From: Heteronotia binoei
Taxonomy: Eukaryota
Assembly (NCBI RefSeq): GCF_032191835.1
Contig: NC_083227.1
Coordinates: 40,486,001-40,550,000, forward strand
Reading direction: 5' to 3'
DNA: 64,000 bases
How positions within the stretch are numbered: the first letter of the stretch is position 1; each line of letters opens with the position of its first letter. Shown here piece after piece: positions 1 through 18,400 of the stretch. Both the position numbers and the translations under genes were made by a program. The notes beneath the pieces are model-generated. The model was not told the DNA's origin, searched no databases, and worked only from the letters and a program-made list of their open reading frames with translations.

Positions 1-507
1 ACTTTGGATTGTATCGATTGAGTGGGGAGCTAGATTGTAAGACAGCAAAGCCCAGTCAGTTCAGACTGATGGTATGTATTTGAGGGGGCCTGTAGGATTT
101 CCTGCATGGATTTTATGTTGGTTCTGGCACCATAATGCTTCTGTTTATCCCTTGACACCTGCAAGCATTTTTGTGCATTTGCTTCAACCCCTTCCTGTGG
201 TGTGGGGAGGGGGTTCCTGGTTCTTTTGAGACTTTTACCTTGGTCTTTTTTCTGGAAGCCAATTTTGAGTCACCTTTGCCCTCATGGCTATCATTTTTGT
301 CAGGTGTTTTCTCCTGCCCGCTTTGATGGGGACTTCCAGACTCTCCCCTTTCCTGCTTCAAACCAGTGCCTTTTCCCTCATATCTCTGCAAGGAAAAAGA
401 CTAGAGACTTGCTTTTTTTAAAATGAGAGGTGGTGATACAGAAAACCTGTCATTACAGTGGTCTATCTATAGTGCCTTTTTCGCAAAATACACTCATATT
501 TATATAA

Positions 508-800
508 AAGGTAAAGGTAGTCTCCTGTGCAAGCACCAGTCGTTTCTGACGCTGGGGTGACGTCACATTTTCATGGAAGACTTTTTTTATGGGGTGGTTT
601 GCCATTGCCTTCCCCAATCATCTACACTTTCTTTCCAGCAAGCTGGGTACTCATTTTACTGACCTCAGAAGGATGGAAGGCTGAGTCAACCTGGAGCTGG
701 CTACCTGAACCCAGCTTCTGCCGGGATCGAACTCTGGTTGTTAGCGGAGAGCTCAGCTGCAGTACTGCAGCTTTACCACTCTGCACCACAGAGCTGCTTA
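508..800 (-). mobile_element. Sauria-type tRNA-derived SINE
   Basis: On the minus strand: tRNA-like head with A box (TGGTGCAGAGTGG) and B box (GAGTTCGATCCC), and an (ACCTTT)n tail. Flanked by a near-identical 14-bp TSD, tcatatttatataa (494-507) / tcatattgatataa (801-814). A second copy lies at 50837-51134. Confidence 0.85.
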
Positions 801-2305
801 TCATATTGATATAAGCATGAGCAAAAAATACGGGGGAGGGAATTGTAATGTCATGGATGCCAACAAACTCCATGCTTTGAAAATCCTAATTATGTAAGGC
901 ACACATGAGGTGGGGGGAATAAACTGGCTCTACAACTGTGCAAGTGGGCAGAAGTGCAAAAGAATGGGGCTCATGATGACCCTATATTGTTTTCAAGGCA
1001 ATGATCCCAGTGTTTGTAGATCAACTGCTAAAAAAACATTGTTAACAGTTGAATCAGATTAAGGTTCATTTAACTAGTATCCTGTTTCCATGAATAGCTG
1101 GCCAGATATTCCTGGGTAGCTCTGAAGCTGGGTACAAAGGGAAGAGGTTTCCCTAGCTGATGTGGAGACAGATGCTGTTTCCAGGTGCTTCTGTTTAGCT
1201 GTTCTCTTAACCATTAGTACATCCAGTCACTATTTAAAGCCCTCTAATATAGTGGCTATTGGCACCAGTGGTAGTGAGTATAATGGCAACTACATTCTAC
1301 ATGTAGTTGGGAGAAAATAGCTGTCCTGCCCACTTATTGGGGGAGGGGGTACTCCCAAGTTTCTAGTGTTACAAGTGTATTTCCTATTTTTTGACCTTCC
1401 CTCCCCTCTTCCCAAACATTTTAAAGGTGGTTTTGTTGCCTGGTTATTCAAATTGCTATTGTCTGCACCCTTCCCAACTACATTCTGCAGTTAGGTAACA
1501 AACAGTACAGAGTATCTGAATGCAGACTGCCCAACCAGCTGATGGTGGAAACAGCCATCAAGTTGACTTATGGTGACCCCCATAGGGTTTTCAAGGCAAG
1601 AGACAACCAGATGGCTTGCCTCTGCATTGCAACTCATTGTCTCCCCTCCAAATACCAACGGGGACCTAGTCTGGGCCAGCCAGGTCAAGGTTCAACCAGT
1701 TGCTAATTGATAAAAATGATCCATCATCTTGTCATGACAAGAAAAGTATCTAAAAGGGGGAGGATTATGGGAAATCTAAGTGTGTGATATCTATTGGGTA
1801 ATTTATTCCATCCGTGCCACAAAATCAGGGTGGCTTACATTATTTTCTCCTCCAACCGGCCACGAGACTGATACAAAAGTCACAAAACAGTTTGCAATCT
1901 TGTGTAGAGCTACTGAATTGCACTGGCAGTTTCATATCTAGGGACTTGAACCGGGTCTCCCAGATTCTTTGATGACAGGCAGGTGTGTTTTGTTCATATT
2001 TGATAAACTTCTTATCAATGTCAACCAGCTCATCATTATTTGGGACCTTAGTTCTTTTAGACACCATCTTCCTTAGTGCATAATATGTGTTTTAGAATGG
2101 AAGTCACACTGTATAGGGCTACACTGTAAGAATGTTTGCAGCTCCTTCATAAACAGAAATCATGTTCAGCAAATGCTGGGAGAAGGGATAACTCCTCCCT
2201 GCATGGGAATTTTTTGTGTTGGGATCTGCCAGTTGGAGAAATAAGACATTTCTGTGTTTGACAAGGAGGACACAGAGACCATGTACGGCATCAAAACAAA
2301 AACAT

Positions 2306-2311
2306 TTTACT
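2306..2311 (-). terminator. Putative RACK1 polyadenylation signal (AGTAAA variant)
   Basis: AGTAAA lies about 50 nt after the RACK1 stop and is followed by a U/GU-rich tract (TGTTTTTGTTTTG). No AATAAA is nearby. Confidence 0.4.
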
Positions 2312-2360
2312 GAATTTTTTTACATAATTATAGCCTGGGTCTTGAGTCTCTTGCATGCTC

Positions 2361-9249
<6,889 letters not shown>

Positions 9250-9293
9250 TCAGCGGCGGCCCTCACTTCGGCCCTGCCAGCTCGCTCAGGCCC

Positions 9294-9392
9294 AGAGAGA
9301 AAAAGGAAGCGGCAGTGACTTCCGGAAACGGAAACAGCCTCACTCTGCCGCTCTTGCACTTTTTTCCGTACAACAAGAGGGCTGCTTCCGGT
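9294..9392 (-). promoter_or_regulatory. RACK1 TCT/5'-TOP core promoter with ETS (GABP-type) sites in a CpG island
   Basis: A 16-nt pyrimidine tract CTTCCTTTTTCTCTCT (9309-9294) lies about 100 nt upstream of the ATG. CCGGAAGT is at 9318-9325, with a further CCGGAAG near 9385. CpG-rich from about 8980 to 9620. This is typical of ribosomal-protein-class genes. Confidence 0.75.
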
Positions 9393-11306
9393 GCCAGCTG
9401 TACGGATGAGCTGTTTCGCCGAAAACATTATTCTCTGGGAGGCAGAGGCGAATTTTAATTTATAATTCTACGCACCTTCCAGTGTTAAGTGTAAGCGCTG
9501 CTACGCTTCTTCGGCAAGTCATGGTGATGACCGCGATAGAGCCATACAAATGCACCTAACAAGGCGGCTCCCAGGCTTGTTATGTATCGCGATGTCGTCT
9601 AATGAGACTCCTGTGGCCTGGGATGCAATATGATGGCTCTTTACTGGACAAGGACAAATCATGCAAGGTTCACGCTCCGGAGCAGCCATTTTCTCCACGT
9701 GAATTTATCTTTGTCATCTGAAGTTCAGTGGTAATAGCGGGAAAACTCCAAGGGCAACCTGGAGATTGGCAACCCTAGCACTGCCCCTTTAATAGAGGCT
9801 TCATGCTTGGAAGTGGATAGGTGAATCTTTTCATTACTTTAATCTTCTTGGGCAAAATATTTTCCTACTGGTTGTTGGGGGCTGGTGCTTGCTTATCGGT
9901 TTCTCCCATCCCTGCAGCAGTTCCTAACTTGTGGACTCTGATGATGCAATGCTGTAACCCTGCAAAAATCTCTATTAAATCCTCGGTGTCAGCATGCTTT
10001 GTATTTCACCCTAGATCTCAACAAGAAACGCAATCTATAAATTAAATAAATAATGTTGATGTGTCATATTCAAATAGCTGTTCATGAGATGTAAGTTTGC
10101 TGTCAGAATAAACTCAGTGGAAGAAAGCACACACATTTGCATACATTTTACGAGATTCCCAAATGCTGGTGTAAATATAAATGCTGACAGTACACAACAC
10201 TGTTCAGTATGATCTGAAGGAATTGTAATCCTGGCAGCCTGTTCCTAATCACAGGCCTTTCCACAGGGTTTATTTGCTCAGAGTTCACTGGTGTAGGTAA
10301 GCAGGTTCTTTTTCCTGCTTTCCATAGCATTGTGCTGTGTTCATGCATCTCCTGGGTTTTCCTTGGTTTTGCTGTGAAATTTTGGGAAAGATCATAGCAA
10401 AGCTTGGATGGCTGCTGTGTGTCTGTGAAAGTTTGGATTTTCTGGGTTCCACCCATGCAGTGCCTAATTTCTCTGTCTCCGTGGCAATTACTTCTTCCAT
10501 TGCCAGGAAAGGGCTTTTTAAAAATAAGCAATTGAAGGTAGCTATATAGTTGTATATCATAATCTGCACATCAAATGGTCCGAATTCCCAGCTTTCATTT
10601 TTTGTAAAAAAAAGAAAAAAGTGAGTCTCTAGCCCATTTCATTGTAGAGATATAAAGGGAAATGCATGTATTCTCAAAAAACAAAATACAAGAGAAGTCA
10701 TTAGAGCTGTGAATATTTTGCTACAAGAAACAAACATGGTTACCCCTCTGCAGTCCTAAGAACACAATTCCCTGTGTGGGAGCCCAACTGAATAAAATGA
10801 GATTCACTTCAGACCAGATTTGCTTCTTTTCTAAGTGTCTCTATTGTACATAAATGCACACATTCACACACAACACAAACGTACCAGCCAGGGGAAAACA
10901 GGGTCCTGTCAATCCAAAGTGCACACATCCCTCCTTATCAAGAGGAGCAAGGAAAGCTTGCCCAGTTTCCTTGAACTAATGCAAAAATGGATCACTAATA
11001 GACCTATCCTGGCTTGGGATAAACATTAGGAAAGATGACTTGTTAGTTTCATAATATTCCTCAGTATACAAAAGTGCCTTGTAATTTTACAAATGCACAA
11101 ATCCCAGTTCAATGCACAACCCCAGAAACTAGTAATTGATTTATTTCCATTGATAAGATATAATCTTCTTTCCCTATTGAAGAGCTTAGTGGTAGCAGTA
11201 ATCACAGAGACACTTTTAACGTCCGTGGAAAACAAACACCAAATCAGAGCGACTCAGACACAAGTTTCCCGTCAGCTACAGCGGCCCCCAGTAAATGAAC
11301 AGCTAA

Positions 11307-11379
11307 GTTTCTGTAGTGTAGTGGTTATCACGTTCGCCTCACACGCGAAAGGTCCCCGGTTCGAAGCCGGGCAGAAACA
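11307..11379 (+). tRNA. tRNA-Val(CAC)
   Basis: 73-nt cloverleaf GTTTCTGTAG...CAC...GGTTCGAAGCCGGGCAGAAACA with intact stems (U6-A67 pair) and a TTTTT terminator at 11396. Confidence 0.95.
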
Positions 11380-13036
11380 AAGCTGCAAAAAGGCATTTTT
11401 CTTCCTTTCCATGTTAAATGCCACACTTGCCCATAAACATTTCGTCTGCTTGTTGCTCAATTATAACACGCTCTGTAGTTAAGCATGGAAGTACTCCTTA
11501 ACAAAATCCAGGGTTAGAACAAAAGAGGAGTCAATTGCACCTTTAAGACCAACTTTGTTTTATTCAGAACGTAAGCTTTCGTGTGCATGCACACTTCTTC
11601 AGACGAGGAATGAGGTACAGTAAGCAGAACCACATATAGCTGGTGGGGTTTGGAACGCCAAGTGGTACAAAGTTAAAAACCCATAGCAGAAAGGTAAAAT
11701 TAATTAACAAAATCCAGGGTTGCAATTCCTACTATTTACACTGCGCATGCATTCAAATAAGCAGACCTCATCCAGGGCTGGGTTCGGATTACTGAGAAAA
11801 GGCATTAAGTTGACTGGCCCATCCAAGAAATATTGGTAAATTTCTGGCCAGGGGTGGGGAAAGCAAGTATAGGAGTGAGTCCTAAAAAGAGGCGAGAAGG
11901 CGTGCACATTTGCATTCATCTTTCGGGTTCGGAAGCAGCAAGTCGATGGAAAACTCTGACCGGATGATGAGAGGATAATGGAACAACGAACTAAGAACAA
12001 GGTATTCTGCTAGTGCGAAAAGAAGAGAAGCCAACGAACCTAAAACAAATTTGATTTTCCAAATGTGAGGCAAAAAGTTGACATTCAATAACCAAGCGCC
12101 GATTTCAAATGGATATTCCAGCCGGCAGCCGCCTTGCCCTATCTAGAGCTCCCTCTTCTGGCCACTGCAAGCCGGCTTCTGGGTAAGGAACGTCGGAGGC
12201 CACTTTTGTGAGGCGAGAATTTCCAAAAGCGCTTCGATCTCCTTTCTCCCGACTGGCGGAGTTAACAACGGAAAGGAGTCAGTCTGTTTGCTTCAAAAAA
12301 GACACGGGGCCCTGTCATTCGAAGGGAGCCAAGCCCAAGTCTTCTAACCTAACGTGTGTCTACTTTCTAGCAAAAGTTGTTAGCAGCCCTATGGATTCCA
12401 ACCCTTTTCCAACATCATTGAGCAAGGTGCCCCATTTGATTGAAAGGTTGTATGTTGCTTTAAAAAAAGCTTAGGTGTGCGTTTTTGAGATAATAGAATA
12501 TATAGGTGGTGGTGTGTTACAGTTAGTCCTCAGTCTTCGCTTTAAAACACTAACACATAACAATCTAAATCAACAATTAAAGATATAGATTCTTGGTGGC
12601 TTTTTATTCCAAAATAAATTGGTTAGTTTTCTTCAACTTCAATTCCAAAATAAAACAAAAACCTAGTAAGACCATAAAGACTGACGTTTATTTCAGCACG
12701 AACTTTCTTCATAAAGCAGAGGCCTCGCTGAATGCTCGCTTTGACTATTTGAAAATGGGGCGTCACGCGCCGCGCATGTCCTCTGCTTCCTCCATTCTGA
12801 AAAGTGAAGAACGACTTTTCCCGCCCAAATCACTCAAGCAGTTACAAATTCTCAAACTGAGTAAATAGAATCCTTCTGGGTTGAACATCTTCGGATAGGA
12901 CCAGACTGAAAACTCCAGTGCTGAAGTCCGTTTCCAAAGGCAAAAAAGGGGCGGGGAACTGTAGATGGACACGCGCCTCGGTGGTATATCTTGGACTTCG
13001 TGGCGCAGTTCGCAGCAGCATCTTGCAGACAGGAGG

Positions 13037-13618
13037 ATGGTAAATGGAAAGCAACTAGACGACTCCCTTCTATCAGAAGAAGGCGCTTCTGGAAGCGCAA
13101 CTCCGGCTTCTCCAGTACCCAAGAAGCGAGGAAGGATCTGCTCTTCCTACAAAGCAATGAAGCCGCCTTATTCGCTGTCCCAGCTTATTCTTCAGGCCTT
13201 TGAGACCTGCAGCGCCCGCAAAGGGCTCTCTCTGGCCGGCCTCAAGAAGCACCTCGCCGAGATTGGTTACAACGTACACAGGCACAACAGCCGCCTCAAG
13301 AGAGAGCTGAACAACTTGGTCTCCCATGGCTTGTTGACCCGTGTAAGCGGCACCAGCGGCGCTTCGGGCTCTTTCAGATTCAGTGGCCAGATGAAAAAAA
13401 CGGGCAAATCCGAGCCAGATAAAAAGGAAAAGGCGGTAGCAGCCAAGAAGTCGCCGAAGATGAACAGAGAACAAAAGAAGGCCCAGAAGCAGCAGCCGCC
13501 GATTAACAAATCAAAAAATCTGCAAAGGAAAAATTCTGGGGGAAAGAACCAACCTAATAACCACCCAAAGGGATCGAACAGGAATGCTTCGGGGGTGAAG
13601 GGAAGGAGAAGAAAATAA
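13037..13618 (+). CDS. Divergent intronless linker histone H1-like protein (193 aa from 13037; 217 aa if ATG 12965 is used)
   Basis: Winged-helix H15 domain PPYSLSQLILQAF...GLSLAGLKKHL...GYNV...LKRELNNLVSHGLL...GASGSFRF, followed by a basic tail. ATG 13037 has a strong Kozak context (aggATGG) and lies downstream of a GC box (about 12948-12956) and a TATA-like TATATC (12985). Confidence 0.9.
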   Translation: MVNGKQLDDSLLSEEGASGSATPASPVPKKRGRICSSYKAMKPPYSLSQLILQAFETCSARKGLSLAGLKKHLAEIGYNVHRHNSRLKRELNNLVSHGLLTRVSGTSGASGSFRFSGQMKKTGKSEPDKKEKAVAAKKSPKMNREQKKAQKQQPPINKSKNLQRKNSGGKNQPNNHPKGSNRNASGVKGRRRK

Positions 13619-13675
13619 ACCTGTACTGTAGTAAGCAATTTTAGTAAGCCAGCAATTTTAGCGAACATTTCCAAA

Positions 13676-13715
13676 GGCTCTTTTAAGAGCCACACAAGAC
13701 TTCCAGAAAGAACTG
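13676..13715 (+). terminator. Histone 3' stem-loop and histone downstream element (U7 site)
   Basis: CCAAA-GGCTCT-TTTA-AGAGCC-ACACA at 13676-13691, with a purine-rich HDE GAAAGAACTG at 13706-13715. Spacing is canonical. Confidence 0.95.
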
Positions 13716-14822
13716 ATAACATTTGCACTTTATTGATTCGTTTAAAGTATTGTGTCCTTTCTGTCCAATTAAAGCCCTCAAGGTGACAAAGCAATGAAAA
13801 ATCAAATGGTACAATGTATATTGATTAATTTGTTAAACCCAGAGTTAAAGCTTGCTTTCACACACACTTTTAATCCACTTTATAACTGGATTTTCCAGTG
13901 TGAAATGGCAAAATACATTTGCAAATGTTAGCGGAAGAGTGCTGAAACAGCATTCTTGTGTGAAAGCATGGTTTTCAGTACTACCTTACAGGACTACAGT
14001 AAGGATTGCAGCAAAATCAGCATCTTGCATGCAAAGTGCTTTGAACATTCAAAAGCATTGCACCAAATGTTATTATTGGCTTTCAAAGAATGCAGAGGTG
14101 CCTGGGAAACAGCACAGAACCCCTGGGTTTACTTATGTTTGAAAATTCAGCAGCCTCATTAGTCCAAAGGACTAATGCAGGCCACTCTCCTCAATACCAT
14201 CCCATAACTCAAATAACTCACGCCATGCAAGCCAACATATATGTTTTATTTCTGAAATGACATAAGGCAGACAGGGAGGGAGAATAGGATGGAAAGGTAA
14301 TGAAATACAATCAAAAAGTCATTAAAATTATTTCAATTCAGAGTTTTACCATTCCCCCCATGTCAATGTGAGTGTGTGTGTGCACAACCTCTAGAATAAC
14401 CTCAGTTGTAAATAGGGATTTTAAAAATCTTGCAAAGTTTAAATAGAAAAAATTGTTTTCAAAAAGAGTATTTGAAGAAAAGTGCATGCACACAAAAGCT
14501 TATACCCAGAATTTAAAATTATTGGTTTTAAAGGGGCCACCAGACTCAAATTTTGTTCTGTTTATCAAGAATGGCAGTTGCCCTCATCTCGTGGGCATAA
14601 AGAACTGCCAGACATGTAACTACACAAACATACCTACAAAGGGCATCCATTCCAAGTAACTACTGGAGGCAGAGTACCCCAGCACCAATATGGAGTTGTG
14701 AAGCTCTGTTTTTACTGACAGATAAGGCACAACCTGTTGTTCTTTGGCAGCAAACTGGGACTTCAATCTAGGGTTGGTTGATGGTTTGTTAATCATCCTG
14801 TATGCTAATTGTGGCTCATTAC

Positions 14823-15006
14823 CAGGGCTTTTTTTGTAGCAGGAACTCCTTTGCATATTAGACCACACACCCCTGATGTAGCCAATCCTCCAACAGTTTA
14901 CAGGGCTCTTAGTACAGGGCCAACTGTAAGCTCCAGGAGGATTGGCTACATCAGAAGTGTGTGGCCTAATATGCAAGGAGAGTTCCTACTACAAAAAAAA
15001 GCCTTG
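14823..15006. mobile_element. Palindromic MITE (hAT-like ends CAGGGC...GCCTTG)
   Basis: Near-perfect 185-bp inverted repeat. Related gcaggaactcatttgcatattaggccacaccc segments occur at about 27895-27990, 28470-28550, 28990-29070 and 44745-44860. Confidence 0.7.
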
Positions 15007-15409
15007 AATATTACAATATCCAGATTCTCTTGTGATTGGCTGGTCAAGAAGATATCCAAGGGAGGATGCAGGAATTTGGGAGCAAGGTAAGGAATGCATA
15101 ACCCAAGGTTTGATATGCACAAACTAGAATTTGTAACACAGAGCAGACTTGGCACAAGCCACGTTTGAAAAGACCCAGCTTGATATGATGTCTCAAATCA
15201 GGCTTAGCTGCAGGACTTTATATTTTATGTACACTGCAGTGGCTTTTATTTATTACTGTTCTATAATTGTTTAAAGATAAACTCTCCTGTTTTTCATTAT
15301 TTTGAGTTTTTCATGATTCTTCGTGTTCTGATGTTTTACAAATTGTAGTTTTTAGGTTTTGCTTGTAAGGATTTTTTAGATGTTTAAAGTAATACAAATT
15401 ATCAGTTCA

Positions 15410-18400
15410 CTATATTAATTTGAGATTAACATCTCTACCCACATAGAAGAAAGGAAACACTACCTCCCCGTTGAAAGAAGCCCTTTTCAGAATCACTTTC
15501 CCCTCTATGTAAAAGGCCACTATACCTGCTTCATAATCCAAAAATATCCCAATGATCCCAGGGCATATGGGAAGTGTGTGGGAATTATTTTCCAATGCCT
15601 GATGCCACCAGAGGCCCTCTTGCCAAATGCCCTCCTCTGGACCAAGCCTGAGATAGACCTTCCTGTCCACACGCTCAAGGGCCACCCCCACTGCCCACTC
15701 CCTCTGGTCTCTGTACTCCACCTCCCAGTAATGCTTCCCAGATAAAAACCCAGGGAGGCCCAGCAAAGCAGGAGTGCTACTGAATCGTTCCGGATTGTCC
15801 GGCACATTTTGGCATCTATTTCCCCATTCCACGTAAACCCTGTCATCTGGAGATATGATGAGCCACGGATACGCTGTGTTGGAATCAAAAATCACTTTGG
15901 CTGTGGGGCAGAAAGAGAGAAAACATTGCAGAGTTAGAGGCAGAATCAGATCCTTGGAGGGGAAGACTCGATCTAGCCAGGTTCTCTCACTGCAGAACTG
16001 ATTTAGGGCAGTATTGAACTAGGCTCCAACCTGCATGCTGTTCTAAGGCTGCACTTTGTCCTTTGTCCATCTGACATCTGTGCTTTTAACAGCGGGATGC
16101 CAATCCACCCACCACCGCCACCATACAGGGATGGAGGACAGTTTCCTTTATTGAATAAGTTGCAGATCGATGAAGATTTCCTCGCTCCCTTCATATGCAG
16201 CTGCTCTTTCTCCCTCACTACTCCTTATGCCTGAAGCTGCCCCACAGAACACCTTTGTGTTTCCTTCACGGGCTGGGGCAGTGGCTCAGGGGCAGAACAT
16301 TTGCTTTGCATGCAGAAGATCCTAGGTTCAGTCACCAGATAATGGATCAGGTAGTCAGTGATAGGAAAGACCCTGGAAAGTCCATGCCATCCTAAGTGTT
16401 CTCAATAGACCAAGGAAGCTTCATGTGTTCATCCCTTCTCAAAACCCATGAAGACTGGTGCAATCCCTGGGTCTCCCTTCATCTCCCCTTTTTCTACTGA
16501 AACAAAGCCTAAGCACATGCAACTGAAGCGAAGGCATATAAGCCCCCCCCCCTTTCCTTGCTTTCCTCTCTGTGACTGTGTCCCTTCTAAGCTCTGGCAG
16601 CAGCCTGCCTAGTACTCCATAAAGCGCCACACCTGGAGATGGCACCATATAAATAGCGCTTTCACATTTTTAGCTCTCCAAGGAGCTCAGGGCAACGTAC
16701 AGGGCTCTCCCTTTCTCCATTTTATTCACACATCACTGTGAGGTAGATTAGGCTCATGACCGGTCCCATTAAGTTTTGTAGAAGAATGGGGATTTCAGCT
16801 CAAGTCTCCGAGGTCCTGCATTCTTACCACACTAGCTAAACAGAGGAATTATGGTGTCAATAGTGTAACTTTCTCCTTGGGAAGTTTCTACTGTTGAATT
16901 TCTGCCTTGTTCAGTATAATAACCGTTTCAGTAAGAAGGGGACAGCTCGGCTCCTGGGGGATGGAAGATGGGGAATTAAAATACTCTTCTGTGTGAACTG
17001 AAGGAAACCTGGGCCGTTTTCCCACTTAGCGTTTGCTCCCCTTATTCCGCGGCGCAATTATGTCTGGATCATTTTTCTCGTTTTCCCACTAGTGACTCTT
17101 TGCGGAGTCGCCTTCCCTGAAGCCCCGGCTCAAATCGTTTTCCCACTGGCATCGACTTGAGTTCGATGCCCTGTCAATCATTTTTTTTTTTAAGCGCAAG
17201 TCTGGTTGCGTAATGACGTACTAACGTACTAAGGTAACATCGAGCTGTTCCCTCCCCTTCTTTTCGTGGACAAACCGCATCACGTGTGCTGCTGCTGCTT
17301 ATGGATTGGCTGCAGCTGTAGAATCCTCCACAGCCCTTTATTTATTAACAGAAGCATTCACAGTAGAGAATCCTAGCACTATATTCCCCCCCCAAATTCT
17401 GAAGTTGCGAAATATCGCAATAACGAAGAGAGAGAAATCGAGGGGTTTGTGTGTGTGTGTGTGTGTGTGTGTGGCAGCTTCTTCCCTTCGCTCCCTCCCG
17501 GGTGGCGAAGCTGGGATTTCCTCCGCTCTCTTTCCCCTCTCCGGCTGGCGCTTGCAACGGAGGACCTGACTGATTCCTGCTGCCAGAGCTCCCCCCCCCC
17601 GCCCCATTCTCTCCTTCCCCTTCTGTGGCGGGTGTGAAGAGCGAGCTCCGTCTATTTTCTAACCGAGCGGAATGTAGCCAGGGAGAAGAATGCAGGACTC
17701 CAACTTCCCATTTTATACATGGCGATTTTGTGCAGGTCCAGAAATCCTGGTGGCACAGCTGAGGGAGGCATTCCCTTTTTAAAACACACACACATGAACG
17801 CTTTGGCCCGCACCGGCACTAGATTCCCCCCCCCCAACAATGGTCGTTTTCGCATTATCGAGATAACGCAACAGCGAAATTACGCAACTAAAGTCAATAA
17901 TAATTTAAAAAAATTCTAGCGAAACCAATTGAAGTGGCAATTGAGGCTATTCCAGGAGGGTTTTTTTTTTCCTTTGTTAATTTCGAAATATCGCTATTAC
18001 GCAAAACTGTGAAGTTTAAAAAAAAAATGGCCGCGCCGGCACTTCGGGGAAGCGCCGCGAAAGGCTGATGATTGGCCAAGGGGGTGGATGGGGTGGGAGG
18101 ACGGAAAGGGAGAGGGTGCCGCCCACACAGCAGTCGATCCGGCGTGGATGGATTTCCCACTGCAAAGTCCGCGGAGTGGATCCGGCGTGGATCCGGAGGT
18201 TTTCAAAAACTCCGGCAGCATGCTGAAAAACATACTCCGGTGTAAAACCCCTGAAGCGCCAGAGCAAAGCGCGGCGCCGGAGCAAGAGGTGCGAAATCCA
18301 GGAAAAGATCCGGAGGTAAATGGGGCGCTACGCTGGAGCAAAGGCTAGTGCGAAAACGGCCCTGGTTAATGCAGCCCTGAGGCCATAGGTTGTGAACTTC

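Noticed and set aside
1-2300. Expected 3' end of TRIM41 downstream of RACK1
   Set aside because: Suggested only by synteny; no coding exon is identifiable in this interval.
11700-12090. Short minus-strand ORFs upstream of the H1 gene
   Set aside because: No recognisable motifs; possibly a decayed retroelement.
12965-13036. Upstream ATG extending the H1 ORF to 217 aa
   Set aside because: Weak Kozak context, and it lies between the GC box and the TATA-like element, so it is probably upstream of the TSS. ATG 13037 is preferred but not proven.
16633-16648. ATG GTG CCA TCT CCA G|gtgtgg (MVPSPG), resembling the vespryn start MSPSAG
   Set aside because: Weak donor, and better-supported exons with vespryn-leader similarity exist at 19.0-19.9 kb. 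Likely coincidence.
17997-18348. Overlapping GC-rich ORFs at 17.3-18.3 kb
   Set aside because: They lie inside the Harbinger-type element, have no transposase or Myb motifs, and are explained by GC content.
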